Positions 46,301 through 59,216 of a stretch of 64,000 bases of DNA are shown piece after piece (positions within the stretch are counted from its first letter, which is position 1; every line of letters begins with the position of its first letter). The DNA is taken from NCBI GenBank assembly GCA_027923505.1, contig BROI01000007.1, forward strand, positions 620,001-684,000, read 5' to 3'. The position numbers and the translations under genes were made by a program. The DNA is from Mayamaea pseudoterrestris (taxonomy: Eukaryota). Below the pieces are notes generated by a model. The model ran no database searches, was not told the origin of the DNA, and worked only from the letters and a program-made list of their open reading frames with translations.

Positions 46301-46358
46301 GCAAGCGCTTGTCAATCTCGCTCGCGTAGGTTGCCGCATATGTAGTAGTTGTCGACAT
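43311..46358 (-). CDS. ProRS: Cytosolic prolyl-tRNA synthetase with N-terminal GST-like and YbaK/ProXp editing domains; intron about 45924-46018
   Basis: KNLFLRDKK and HPLRND (YbaK), VRPTSETIMYP, FLRTREFLWQEGH, QGATSHNLGQNF, C-terminal WGRSY. Confidence 0.95.
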
Positions 46359-47137
46359 GAAGATGAATGATTCAGCTAATAAAAACAAGTACTCTAGCAA
46401 TGAGAGTTTTGATGGCTTTATGGACGTCTCGTTGGACAAAGCAAATCGCGTCGTCTCGTTGAAGAAAGCAAAGAGTGAGGTGCTTGTCGAATGACTTTTT
46501 GTGTGTCGGTGCGGTACTCACTTACCGCTCGTACTAAAAATGCGCGACGAGCTGCAATCGATTGTCATCACCATCATCCAGAGCAAAGGAAGACTCCATC
46601 TTGTAGGTACGACAACGATATTGAAAATGATGTTATGGAAGTGTAGGATTCGAGCAATGGAAGCGGCTGAGACGAGACTTTAGAGGAGAACTTGATCGTG
46701 CGGCAAAGGCGGCAAATTCGACCATGAAGGCGACGCGACGCGACGACGAATCGCCCTCGTCCTCATCGGCGAGAGTGCAACCATCGAGCTGTAAAGAAAG
46801 GACAAAGGAAGGCCAGTCTTGCAAGACTATGGTCTGGATTACGATTCAGGTTTCTGAATTTTGCTTCTTGCGGTCTCGCAATCGCGCCCGGTTCTCCTTG
46901 TAGTTTCCGAGACGCATCCTTGCTAGGCTTTGCATAGCAAAGGATCTTTCGAACTGATCACGAACCGGACTATCAATGATTCTGATGGATGGAACAATAT
47001 ATTTCTTCATTGGCGCATTTGTTCGTTGCATGCCCGGATATTGATTGCTTTAAATTGCAGCGGAAAATTTACTCATATTTCTTATCGTTCATTCTATTCA
47101 CAGATCTATACTCTATTAACAACCCAACTAACGAATC

Positions 47138-47398
47138 ATGCAGAACGAAGAAGGAGAAAACGTCGATCTATACATTCCCCGCAAATGCTCATGGACCAAT
47201 CGCTTGGTGGCGGCCAAGGACCACGCCAGTGTGCAAATTAATGTCGCCAACGTTGATCCAACCACGGGGCTCGCCACGGGAGACTCGACGGCCTACTGCT
47301 TGGCGGGATACATTCGCTTCAAGAGTGAGGCAGACATGGCCATGACATCGCTCGTGCAAAAAAAGGATGCGGAACTGTTTGGATTAGCGCAAGAGTAA
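47138..47398 (+). CDS. RPS21: 40S ribosomal protein S21 (eS21)
   Basis: MQNEEGENVDLYIPRKCSWTNRL..KDHASVQIN. Confidence 0.97.
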   Translation: MQNEEGENVDLYIPRKCSWTNRLVAAKDHASVQINVANVDPTTGLATGDSTAYCLAGYIRFKSEADMAMTSLVQKKDAELFGLAQE

Positions 47399-47698
47399 AA
47401 AATAGTAATTTGCAAACGTTACAATACTTGTGCTTGATTTCATTAAAGCAGTGCAGTACCGGTCTCGCTCTATAGACGATACTTGCTTAACAAACATGGT
47501 CTGTCGTGGCTACTTATTCCTGTTGGCAGTCTGGGCAAGACTTTGCTGTCATTGCTGCCGCATTCTCGGCAATTCCGACAAAGCGCGTAGTGGAGATCGT
47601 AAAGTGCTAAAGCAGCAGGCTTACTTGTATAATGCAGCTCCATTGTATGTATATCACGTATTGGCTAATGCCGCAGCATCGCCCTGGGTAGGCTTTAG

Positions 47699-50424
47699 TC
47701 AGCTCTCCATAGCCTCCGTCGACGGAGACGCTTCAACGTCGACTGCGCGGACTTCAGGATCCAATCCGCAGTTCCTGCAAGATCTCCGATTGCGCAGACC
47801 CGTCGCTGCTTTCGAATCTATTGGTTCAGTGGCGCATTCCGTCTGCTTTCCTTCATCGTTATCAGATGTCTTTGGGGTATTCGACTCGCATTCGTTTGAA
47901 AAACTGTCGTCGTCGAGCTTTTCAACTTGGGATCGCGTGAAAATGCGATTGACCATCCTGACGCTTGCGCGGCGGTGAGTCTCGTCGGTCGTAAGGAATT
48001 TTGGAAGAAAGTAAATGATCAAAGTAACGAGCGTGTCAATGCTGAAAATGATGCTTTGGCACAAGGTCAAGACGGATTCGTCAATCTCATTCGGCATGAA
48101 CACCAAGAGAATGATGCGCAGAATGATAAAGACGAAATGTGAGTATATCATAATCGCCAAGGTTTGCGACTCGTTAAAATCTTGGCGAACATGGCGCGAT
48201 TGAAAAGCTAAAACGGATGCGCATCCAAGCAGCAAGGAATTCCAAGCCAAGGTCACAATTATCCAATAAGTCTGATTCGATGAACAAAAGTGATGTTGTA
48301 TAACCACAAAATTGGTATCCGTCGGATTGCTTGGTGCGAGCTCATAGGCAGCGTGTTTTTGAGGAGGGTCAACGATAGTCCACGCAAGCAAAAAGATCAC
48401 GGCGCAAATGCCGAAGAAACCCACTGCCCCAATCAAAACCCTGCGAGGTACGGTTACCTGTGGCGTTGCTAAGGCACCGTCAGCCTGTATTAGCCGATTG
48501 ATTGTTGAAATCTTTAAGCACAATGGGATCAAGAAAATCGTGTAGCCGATGAGCACGAACCACACAGCTGTCGTGCAAGATCTGTTTGATGGCGGGACAG
48601 CGAGCGCAGTTGCTCCAAAACTGACCAATAGCAGACCAAACAGCGTCAGCATGAGAAACTCGACTTGCGCAAATATCATGACCAACCGCTTGCGGCGACA
48701 ATAGACCGTCAATAGTGAAATTAAGGTTGCTACAACAGCGAGGATGGATAAGCCGAAGGCGACACATTGCAGTGTTCCCCAGTCAGGGTCTTTTTGTATG
48801 CTTCTAGGAAATTTCGTCTGTGGAATAAGCTTTCGCGCATACTCGATATTGTCGACTACCCATTGGCATACGCCTTCACGAGCATCTCTGGCGTTAAACC
48901 AGTAGCTGAAAATCTCGCCGAGTTGTGTACTACTCAATTGAAAACCTTTCACTGCATCATACGCTGGACTTTGCAATGGATTGGGAATAAGTGGATTGTA
49001 AATCATGTTGAAGAAACCAGTGGAGGTTATCGTCAGTAGCGGTTTGGCAGCCTCGTCACAGGCGCCTGAAGCATTGCCAACCCTCGTCTTTATATTGCTT
49101 GAACACTGATCTTCCTGCAGCACTCTGTTCTGCATGCATTCCTGCGTAGGCGGAGGGAGATTAACTTTCAAAAATTCTGCGTCTGTTCCAAGATATGTTT
49201 GGTAGAGTGTGGAAGGATACCACCACATCATCATCACATCAGACTTTGTGTGATTTGCAGCAGTCCAAACTTCCATCATTTCCTCGTACGTGTACTTTCC
49301 TGATCTCGCGTCGGGCCCGTTACTTTGCAAAGCCATCCCAAGGTGATAAGCATTTTGGTCCAAGTAGGAGGTCCAAGTACACGGGTAGCTGTTGATCGTT
49401 CAAGAATTATGTTAGCAAACGCTTTGCGAGAACAACGTCTTCGACTCTATTGACCGCATGCACTTACTCGACGACATGACCTGTACAATTGTCAGGCCAC
49501 TTTTTGCAGTCGTTCTCCTCCGTCCTTCGAAAGAAGCCCGTATAAAGATCGTCGACGTAGTATCGATCAAATTCCTTGTCGTTTTGGGGAGGTCGCGCAG
49601 CCACCTCATCGGCAACTTGACAGCTCGAGTTTGACGCCTCCGCGCAATACTCTCTCCACGTCGCTGGTCGTAGAAATCTATCGGCAAGCTTTTGGCGATT
49701 ATTCTCTCCCTGTGATCCCCATGTAGCTCAATAAAGTTGGATCGCGCTCGCCCGTAAACTTTGGGACGAACAAAGCCTCCTGTCCCAACACACCTAGCGA
49801 CAATGGGGGCTTTGCGGAACCATTTTTGAGCAAGACCGCAGCTTCACTGGCATGCCAGACTTCGGAAACGACGTGAGCGCATGGTGTGTAGTTCTGAGGA
49901 TCTTTTCTAGCCTCGCGGCAATCTGTGATACTAGCTGCCGTGGTCATGGCAGGCAAAAAGTCAGAGTCGCCGAACTGAATTGAACTTTGTGCATTGTAAA
50001 AGTCATTTTTGGCGCCATACACTCCAGACTCTGTCGTCGTCGGAACATTGAGTAGCTCACTGAGTACAATCTGCAGTATCCATGTTTCAAAAATGGCTGA
50101 TTCCCAATCGTTGGAAAAGAGGCGGACTTCTGAGTACTCAATGTCGGCAATCCGGCAAAGCCCTTCTTCGGCAGCAGTAGGTCCATCTTCACTGTTGCAG
50201 ACGCGAATTTTGTCAGATGCTCCATGTCGATACAAGCACCCTTGCTCGTACGCGTTGGTGCTGCAGAGGCCAGCCGGAAATCGGCATGTGCTGTAGGCGT
50301 CAACTTGCGTCTTGCAGTCCTTGTCCGTCTCGCAGGGTACCGCTGCCATTGACTGGACAGAAGCTGTCATGGGAGATCCTGCTGCAAGAGCAAAGTAGCA
50401 GGACAGCAGAATAATGCTCATCAT
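47699..50424 (-). CDS. Class C (GABA-B-like) 7TM receptor with Cys-rich ectodomain; frameshift near 49709, intron 49389-49467
   Basis: Signal peptide, seven hydrophobic helices, WTIVDPP, LAFQSRHVRQDFNESQ, IYFLPKF. Confidence 0.8.
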
Positions 50425-50869
50425 CCTAATGGCTGAAAATGAATTATGATACGGATTGAAAGGAAGTAGGTGCGAGCAAGTGGGTGTTCTTCGCTCTTGT
50501 GGTTTGGCTACACCTCCAATTCTTCGTGCATCAATTAATTTGCAGATTCAACTATAAGCCACTATGTTTTATACACAAAGCTATAAGGTCCAGGCGTTGA
50601 TCGTGCTTGATTTATGTTAAAAGACTGGCAATGTGTTAGCTTGTTTAATGAGCGGCGCGCCACATCAAAATGTCTTTCATGATGTTGCGACGCAAAAATG
50701 TGACTTTTCACGATTCGTTTAGCTCGCATATCGTTGTGCAGCAGGGTATCGGTACTTCCATTTTCAAGTAAGGTAACGTAGGCTATACAACACCATGTAT
50801 CTATCAAAACGACTTTATTATAACATCATCAAAACATTAAACCAAATTGGGGCAGTCAAGCAATTCCTT

Positions 50870-51475
50870 TCAAGCAATCCGAACAGGCGCTGCTGGCCCA
50901 TCGCACGATTGAAGCTGCCTTTGCCGTTGTTCCTCCTCCTTCCATGCCAACTGCTTCTTGCTCCGTTCCAAAAGCAACCCTTCTTTTTGAGCCTGACAGC
51001 AAAGCTCGCCAAGTTGCATCTTCTTCTGCAAAGCACCCGCGAGCATGTTTATCTTGTGCGACCGCCGGAGCTGCATGTAGTTGGAGTGCGCCTGCCGATA
51101 CAGCAAGGCAAGATAGGTACTGACGGAGTGCCATGCATCCAGAAAGACTGTCAACGTAGCAGTCGTCACCATGGTGCAGCGCATGTACTCCTGCGAGCTT
51201 TTCATGACGGAAACGTGCTGCCCGTTTCGAAGCGAACTTGACAGTTGATTGAGAGAGGCTTGTGAAAGACCTTCACTGGCCAAGTAGCTGAGAACACTTT
51301 GTATGGATGCTTCCATTTGAAAAAGAGCTTTTCTAGTTGCGACATAGTAGTCTATTCGATGCTGATCGGTGCTGCTTCGGTCGTTCTCGTCACGTGGTTG
51401 CTGTTCGGTTTTGCAGTGAAATAAGTGAGTAACGTGAATGGCGCAAGGCAAAATGCTGCAGGCAACTACAAGCAC
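50870..51475 (-). CDS. Hypothetical coiled-coil protein (5' exon structure uncertain)
   Basis: About 200-codon open frame; possible upstream exon with GTAAGT donor near 51610. Confidence 0.45.
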   Translation of the reverse strand: MLVVACSILPCAIHVTHLFHCKTEQQPRDENDRSSTDQHRIDYYVATRKALFQMEASIQSVLSYLASEGLSQASLNQLSSSLRNGQHVSVMKSSQEYMRCTMVTTATLTVFLDAWHSVSTYLALLYRQAHSNYMQLRRSHKINMLAGALQKKMQLGELCCQAQKEGLLLERSKKQLAWKEEEQRQRQLQSCDGPAAPVRIA

Positions 51476-52083
51476 AATATCACCCTTGCAATGTCAATTT
51501 GAGCTTTTTACAACACTCATTACTGTATCTGTTGTACTGGTAGACAGTGAACTTGGTGCACCTCTCGTGCCGAGTTCCGCAGTCGATTTGAACTGCTATG
51601 CAAGCACTTACTTCGAGGCTACCCGTCGAGTTCGACGGAGACAGTTGCTCCACCATCGTATAAGGTTTGTGATGATAATTGACAACAAGGCTCCTGCCAA
51701 AGAGTCGTAATAGGCAGCGGGATGCTGAGAGAACGAGCCGCGTTGACGGAAGGCGGAAGTGAGTGGAAGAAACGACGCGCAAAATTTGAAACTCCGTACG
51801 GGAGGCACAATGACCCAATCCGGTACTAACTATATTGCCCTAAATGACCAAGAAACAATTACTATCAGGCAAGATGTAGACTGTGAATTCGTTGACATTT
51901 GCCACACGAAGCGCGCCGCTTTGACGGAAACGGATCGTCAGCACGAGCAACAACCATCACCATGGCAACCGCAACGCTGGTGGTGCGTCCATGTGCTATC
52001 ATTCTACCGGTCGCCGAAAACGTATGCCTTAAGGAGCACTTTTTCAAGCTTTTACATACGTAATTAACGAACAATCGTTGAAT

Positions 52084-52740
52084 ATGCGGCGTATCTCGTT
52101 CCTACTTCCTTTGATGTCATGCTCTGCCACCTTTGCGTTTTCCATAATATCGGAGAGCCGTGGAAGCAATGTGCAACGTGCTACACTTCAAGAGGCAAAG
52201 ACGCGACGCTCGTTCTTCGGAACCATTCCAGCCGCACTGGGCTTCCTTTCCGTTGCTGCTGCAACTACGAATGCACCCGCAAATGCAGCTCCGCCAATAG
52301 CAATCATTGCCGAAGAGCTTGGCTACTTTCCTGTGCAGAACAAGAAAGGAGAGGTTGTCTATGTTTCACAGCGAGTATCTCGCGAGTCATCAAAGCAAGC
52401 CATTGAACTGGCCAAGAAATTGTCGGAGCAAGGTGTCTACATGGCCGGCACATATTGGTGTCCTCATACGAGTCGGCAAAAGGAGCTGTTTGGAAGGGAG
52501 GCTTGGTCAATGATCAAATACGTCGAGTGCAGCCCAAAAGGATATGGAGCAGACCCAAAGTTTTGCGTTGCGCAAAACGTGGATGGCTACCCGACTTGGG
52601 TCTTTCCAGGCGGCAAGCAGGTCGGCGGCGAACGTCCATTGTCAGTACTGGCCAATGAAATTGGCTTCCAAGGATTTCGTGAGGAGCTTGAAAAGAACCT
52701 TCCGCCTGCAATGGGATCACAGGGTTGTTTGAGGAGTTAA
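52084..52740 (+). CDS. Stand-alone thioredoxin-like protein resembling the Trx domain of VKOR/LTO1, probably thylakoid lumen
   Basis: YWCPHTSRQKELFG, YVEC, GYPTW; signal peptide, TRRSFF twin-Arg and PANA site. Confidence 0.8.
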   Translation: MRRISFLLPLMSCSATFAFSIISESRGSNVQRATLQEAKTRRSFFGTIPAALGFLSVAAATTNAPANAAPPIAIIAEELGYFPVQNKKGEVVYVSQRVSRESSKQAIELAKKLSEQGVYMAGTYWCPHTSRQKELFGREAWSMIKYVECSPKGYGADPKFCVAQNVDGYPTWVFPGGKQVGGERPLSVLANEIGFQGFREELEKNLPPAMGSQGCLRS

Positions 52741-54586
52741 GTTAAATGTCGAAGATTACTTGCGCGTCAACTTGGACGAGCCCAGCTGGCCCTATTCCGC
52801 ACTCATGCTTGCGAGCGATCTGTTGCGTGTCTGTGCCCCACGAAACGGGCTATACGCGCTTGAAAAGTCGTTTATTTAGTTAAGTGTCATAAACCATGTA
52901 TTGCCTATTAGCAAGTTAGTGAAACGAGGCTTCGTTTACGACCTCCATCCCGTCGAATTTCGGAAGCACGGCCATGAGCACGGCCATACGTAGAACCTAG
53001 TACACTTCCTACACAGTCGGCGCCAACGGCTCATTCATCGGCAGTCGGCACACAAAATCATTCAAGGCGCACCATCACCATGGCGCTCATTCAACCTCTT
53101 ATTTTATCACAAACACCTTCCAACCATACCTTATATGCTAACAATACACACATGGCCATTATATAAGCTTTCTGTGAGGTTGCGACATCAGTTAGCTCCC
53201 GTGAGTGTTGCTGGAAGGGTAGCGATGCTTGAGGATGCTGCTCGACTGTCGTTGCTGCGCTGGTCCTAAAGGCATCCTTCAAGGCTACCATTTGCCAGCG
53301 CAATTCGGGAGGACACGCTTTAAAGCATAGCGAACCAATTGCAGCCTTGTAATGGTGTCCGCATGACCGCCTGGGAAGTCTTATATTGTCATTTGGTGAA
53401 GGCCAGTGACGACGAGACGACGACAAGCCTCTTGGTTGGCGCCGACTAAAGTGCATTCATAATAGACGCACGGACGTACAACCATGCTGCATGCATGGAG
53501 AGTACATGTTCGCACTTTGGCAGCTTTTTTTGCTGGGAGCAGAAGTAATTGGGCCGGTTTTGTCGGTGGTGCTTGGGGTTGGTCGACAAGCACAATCCAC
53601 CGGCACCTCCTTCCACCCGTCAATCACGAGCAATCATTGACAGCAACAAAGACAATGCCATCAAAATGACGCAAAGCACTCATTCAACAATCTGTTAAGT
53701 CAATATTGCGATGCGAGACTATGTTTGCATTCAATAGAGGAGACACCAGTGGAGGTGCTGGCTGCCGCTTGTTCAGCGCTTGCTCGCCACCCATCACCCA
53801 CGCCAAGGGACCAGTGGATGCGATTACTATGTGCCATCATCATTGAGGGACGCGAGATGCTGCATGTGTATAAGCTATAAGTCGGTTGCAACTTGTTTGG
53901 ACTACAAGAAAGGAGATTGAAGAGCTTCAAAAGGCAAGCAGCGGCGCGTGGCGCCAGGCACAACAGTCTGGCTGGCAACTTGCGGCGAATGGATCTCGAC
54001 TTAGCATACCTCTTTAGGATCTTGTATCTTATTAGCAAAACTATATACTCTGATCTTTGTTATTGTCACTAAATGGATCTTTACATGTCAATTGGTTATA
54101 GCATTGCGCTACAAAGGCTCCTTGCAGTATTACCGGTGGTTTACAGCCTGTATAACCTGAAACACACAAAAAAGGTTTAATATCATTAACACAACAACAA
54201 ACAGGGCCAGATAGCATGTACAATAATATAAACAAGAAATAGTACCGATTGTAGCTTATTTCAAGGTTTGATCCCGGAGGAAACGAAGTTTTTGATCCAC
54301 TGACCGTGCTTCCGAAATTCGACGGGATGGAGCTCGTACATACTTTTGATTTGGAACAACAGTAAGTACCGGTACGATCAAGAACGCGAGCCGAGCTCCA
54401 ACGGCTCCAATGCGACATCTTCAAATTCGACGCGGCGCCGCCTTCGCACCGTCGCAGTCGTTGCCTCGTTGCAAACGACTTGACAAGGACCCGAAACAAA
54501 GCAAACGAAACAAACTGCCTTGGTCCGATTAAAACGACAACATACTCTTCAAGCTCAAGTTGCTGCGACAGCCGAGATAGCTGCAA

Positions 54587-56236
54587 TGACGAACCCGATG
54601 GCTTTCAACACAATCCGTCCCAACGGCGACATGTGCAGCACAGCATTGACAGTGAGTCCCTCCATTCTGCAGGCGCATGCCGCTGCTATCACCGCGTACG
54701 ACCCTGCACTAACTGCGACCAAAGTTTACATCAAGTCTTCGCCGAGCCGATTTTTGCTGCTTCCAAGGGACGTGAACGCGCCGGCAAATGATGTTGCATT
54801 CACACCAATGCATTCGCATCCGCATGGACGAAACAATGTGTCACCGACCACCTCCACTGCCAAGACACTGTTAGCATTCAGTGGACGAGCTAAAGTTCCG
54901 CATAGTCCATATTATTGCGACGGGAAAAAGACGTCGCCCATCAAACAAAATCGACTGCCTGATGGGTTGATTTTCCCATTCATCCAACAAAACCAGCAGC
55001 AGCTATCGTGCGCGTCACCTACGACACATGGTGATTCTAGCAAAACACGCATTGATGCAAGCAATAGCAAACTATTGTTTCCGGTTACTAACAGTCGCAA
55101 GTTACGTCGCAGCACTCGACCGAGTCGTTTCGGCGCGAGCGACAGTGACAATGATGCAGCAGCGTATCCCAACAAACTACGCCGCCTTGGTGAGCCGCTA
55201 GATAATAAGGTCGCGGAGAAGGCATGGCGCAGCTTGCGATCCGTTCGCCAAACTCGATCGAAGTCTCTAGCAATTCTAAATTCAAAATGTCCCGTCGATA
55301 AAGAACACATGACAAAGCAACTCGCAGCGACTGCGCTTGTCCCAGATGAGCCGCTGCACCCAGCGACAGCCATGAAGATCAAGACAGCGCTCCCAGAGTC
55401 TCCTTTGATCAAGGCCCTTTGCGCAATGAAACATGCCGCTTCGGCTGATGCTTGTGCCATGGAGGCAAGAACAAAGATATTGTGCGCGTCGGATCAAGCC
55501 AATGTGCGCCTACCATTCAAGCGAGCAGACGTCAAAAAGGCCTCTCTACCAGCTGTCAAAGTAGCATCGCCCACGTCCAAAACAATCGTAGAGGTCGTCA
55601 AGTATGTGTTGGCGCTTGGGGACAACCATGACCTTTACAAGAAATATGTGGTGCATGCCACGACAACTCATGTGACCGCCGCGGCGAACAGGCGAATCGT
55701 CAAGCCATCACGCAAGGGTGAGATCCCAGAAGGTTTTAGCTGGATGGACTACCCTCCTCTTGAGAATCTCCTACATTGTCAAATGACGCGATTCTATAGC
55801 ATTCAATCTGACAACGCCCGGACAACAAAGCAAATCCAATTCAATCAGGCCTTGACTGCCAATGTTCGTAAGGTGGCCGCAAAACATGGTTGGACGCTTC
55901 AAACTATGTCTGATGAAGATCTACGAAATCGCATCCGGTGCTACTATAAGGTACGTGGCGGTTCTTTTGTTTTGTCAGTCTGCTTGTTCCTCGCATCACG
56001 AGCATCATGGCGCTTGTTTCCGATTTGGAAACCATTCTGACCTCTTCATCTCGCTCCATGTCTAGACCCAAAAACAAAACACGAAGAAGCGACTTGAAAC
56101 ATTGCTTGCCCATGCCGATGGTGGAGCGCAAACCAATGCGCAGCAACGATTGCTCAATTTATGGTACGATTTCTCCAAGACGGAAAGTCAATGCGCGGAG
56201 CTCTTGCTCAAAGAGTTTGCTGCCATGTCGACATAG
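54587..56236 (+). CDS. Hypothetical protein with C-terminal folded domain (FSW..YP.LE...RIRCYYK); intron 55951-56065
   Basis: Long ORF; GTACGT donor and CTAG acceptor give an in-frame exon 2 TQKQNTKKRL. Confidence 0.72.
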
Positions 56237-56943
56237 TTGAAAGTACTGTTTGTGTATGTGGTTGGCTGGTTCGCGTATTTGTTCATTTGCCGATAGATGC
56301 TTTTGTGTGACGACTACGGAGTATCAAATCGACTATCGAATTTGTTTGCTTGGAAGATGAGTATAAGACAAATCCATTTGTCAAGAGATGAACCGATTTT
56401 ATCTGCTATCACGTAGGAGTAGCATAAACATTTTAAGCGATGATGCCGCTTATGCGTCTGTCGACGGTAGGCACAAGCTACTTAGGACTTCAGGTGCTTC
56501 AGCAATCAGCAACAATGGCTTCATCGGAAATCTACGTTCACCTAGCTAGTCTGCGTATCATACTCTCACTGAAAAGACCGACTGACGATACATTAAACTT
56601 TATGTGCGACTTACTCGTTATCACCGACAGCCGACGGATCTTGTGACGAACCAATCCTCATGGTCGTTCTTTTCTGGAGTCCTATGAAAAAGCAGCGTGA
56701 CAGGCCCAATGCGTTTCTCGGTCATTTTCGGAACTTTGTACTTACTGTCCCTGTGTGCCTTCGCTAGCACGATCAACAACCAGTCACGCGAAGACCGCGA
56801 TATGACCCTTTTTCGAAAGTTCACCCAACGCCTGATCTTCTCGCGCACTCGAGGTGCTCAATCTTGGTGGCGAAACCAGCGACATCAAGCCGCTCCAACT
56901 ATAGTTGACCTTCACTGTTTCATCAGACAGGAAAATAGTGAGC

Positions 56944-58996
56944 ATGCTTCCAAGTTGGCTGTCTCCCTTGCTTTTGGTGGCAGCAGCAACTCCAACGGTC
57001 CTTTCACTTGCACCGATCCGTCATGACACATTAACTCCGGATCAATTGGCCAAGGTGCAAAACGATCAGCGACAATTGAACGAAACACTCAGTTTTCGAC
57101 CCAGATTCCTTCCACCAGAGCATTGTCGCAACTTGTCGGCCGAAGAATGCAAAAAGATTGATTTACAGCGCGGTCTACAAGACTTGGAGGCGACTGGTAA
57201 CCCAAGCATCGGCACCTTTCGCGTTCTGGTCTTGCTCGTTTACTTTCCGGAAAACGACCCAAGCATTTTGCCTTCCAAAGACTACTTTGATACCCTTTTC
57301 AATGGAGAAGGCGTTAGTGACGTGAATCCTGTTGGAAGCATCAAGGAATACTTACTCTACAATTCACTCGGACAGTATCAAGTCACCTTTGACGTACAAG
57401 ACTGGGCGCCGACAGACAAAGCGGCAAGCTCCTTTACTACTGGAACGGACCAAAATACGGGTCAGCAGGTTCAGTCGGGTCGATGGAGTACGAACTTGCC
57501 GCTGCAGGGCGTATTTTCACCCGTATTGACAAGCATGGAGACTGCAGGCTTTGACTTTAGCCCATACGACTCGGATGGTGACTCCAAGTTTGACCATTTG
57601 CATATCATTCACTCTGGATATCCAGCGGAGAATGGTGCACAGGAGTGTACGCCGCCGGCGGAAAACATGATTTGGTCGCAAGGTAGTCCTTCCTCGCCAC
57701 CAGGTGGATATGCGACGGAAAGTGGAATAACAGTGGGCGGCTACACGATCAGCAGCGCCTGGACGTTTGATGTTTGCCAAAACACACCAACCACCATGGC
57801 AGTGGCCACACACGAGTATATTCATGGCTTTGATGTCAAGGATGTTTATGACACGGACTACACGGAAAGTGTGATCGGGACGGGCGGTTTGGGTGCGTTT
57901 GATACCATGGCGTTCGCGTACGGATGGAACGCTGACGGTGCTCGACCAACCATGTTGAGTCCATTTTCTAAAATGGAATGCAACTGGTTGACGCCATTGG
58001 TCATTAGCGAGGATGGTTTATACGCGATTCAACCGGCCGAGTTGTCCGGACAGGTACGTTGCCACTCGTTGCTCGCCAGCCTCGTGCGTGGTCTATCTCA
58101 CAGATCGCAATCTTGTTGACCCATCAGATTTACGTCATCACTGATCCGTTTCCGGATAAGGAATATTTAATAATCGAAATGCGGTATGGTATCAAGTGGG
58201 ACGAAGACATGACTGGGCACGGCATTGTTATTTACCATGTGGACAATCTTGCTGGTGACGACAATCTCATCCAAAGTACCCGAGGGTATCCAGGGCATCC
58301 GAATTGGCCGGCTGAGCACTACCGCGTCTCTGTTCTCCAAGCGGATGGCAACTATGATATCGAACAAATGGTCAATACTGGTGACGAGACGGATTTCTGG
58401 GTAATTGGTAGTTCTGTAAGTATACACACAAACGCGTGAGTTGCGGAAGCTACCAATTGTTTCGAGTCGACGTCTCACATCAATGTTGCAAAAAAAATCT
58501 ACAGCTCGGCCCAGGCCCTGATACTTGGCCCAATACGGATTCTTACCAAGGGGGCATACAAACGCAGACTGGCATTACCATTACGGTAACATCACGGACT
58601 TCGTACATTATGCAATTTGAAGTTTCTGGTATCAGCTCGAGTCGACGTCTCTCGGATACCTCGACGGCATCCGGGTCGGATAAGCTTACATTGCAGGGGT
58701 ATATACCATACGGCAGTGCCACTCTTGCTACGGAGGAACAAATGCAAGAATTTAAAAGTCCGCGTCCCACCGCTGAGGACCTCTATCGCATGTATCAGAA
58801 TGAAGGCCCAGCTATTCCTTTCGATCTTGAAAGGGATTACTTGAAAAACAATGTGCGAGGAAGTTCAAATGCGAACGATGCCGGCAGCAGTAACACTGGT
58901 GGCAGCAATGCAGGGGCATCGGGTGCCTCATCACCACTAACCGTGTTGGCAGCGACAGTGTTTGGGCTTTTATCAATGACCCTCGCCGGTTGGTAG
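56944..58996 (+). CDS. Secreted M6-family (immune inhibitor A-like) zinc metalloprotease; introns 58054-58127 and 58416-58504
   Basis: Signal peptide, VLLVYF, IIHSGYPAE, ATHEYIHGF..DVYD, LSPFSK..WL, IYHVD, hydrophobic C-tail. Confidence 0.88.
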
Positions 58997-59216
58997 CGAC
59001 CGGTTAATAATAGAGTAATGCATATTAGTATATTTAGCAATTAATAATGAAGAAGAAAATCCCAGATGCGCTGCGAACGTAAACTTGCTGGGAGCGTGGG
59101 TGAAGCGATCAATCTTTGCAGGCCTCTGAGTTGGAAACCTGTGCAAAAACAAACTGCGCGAGACACGTTTTGAACTACCGGTAGATCAACCTCCACTTGA
59201 GAAACGTTACAATTCT

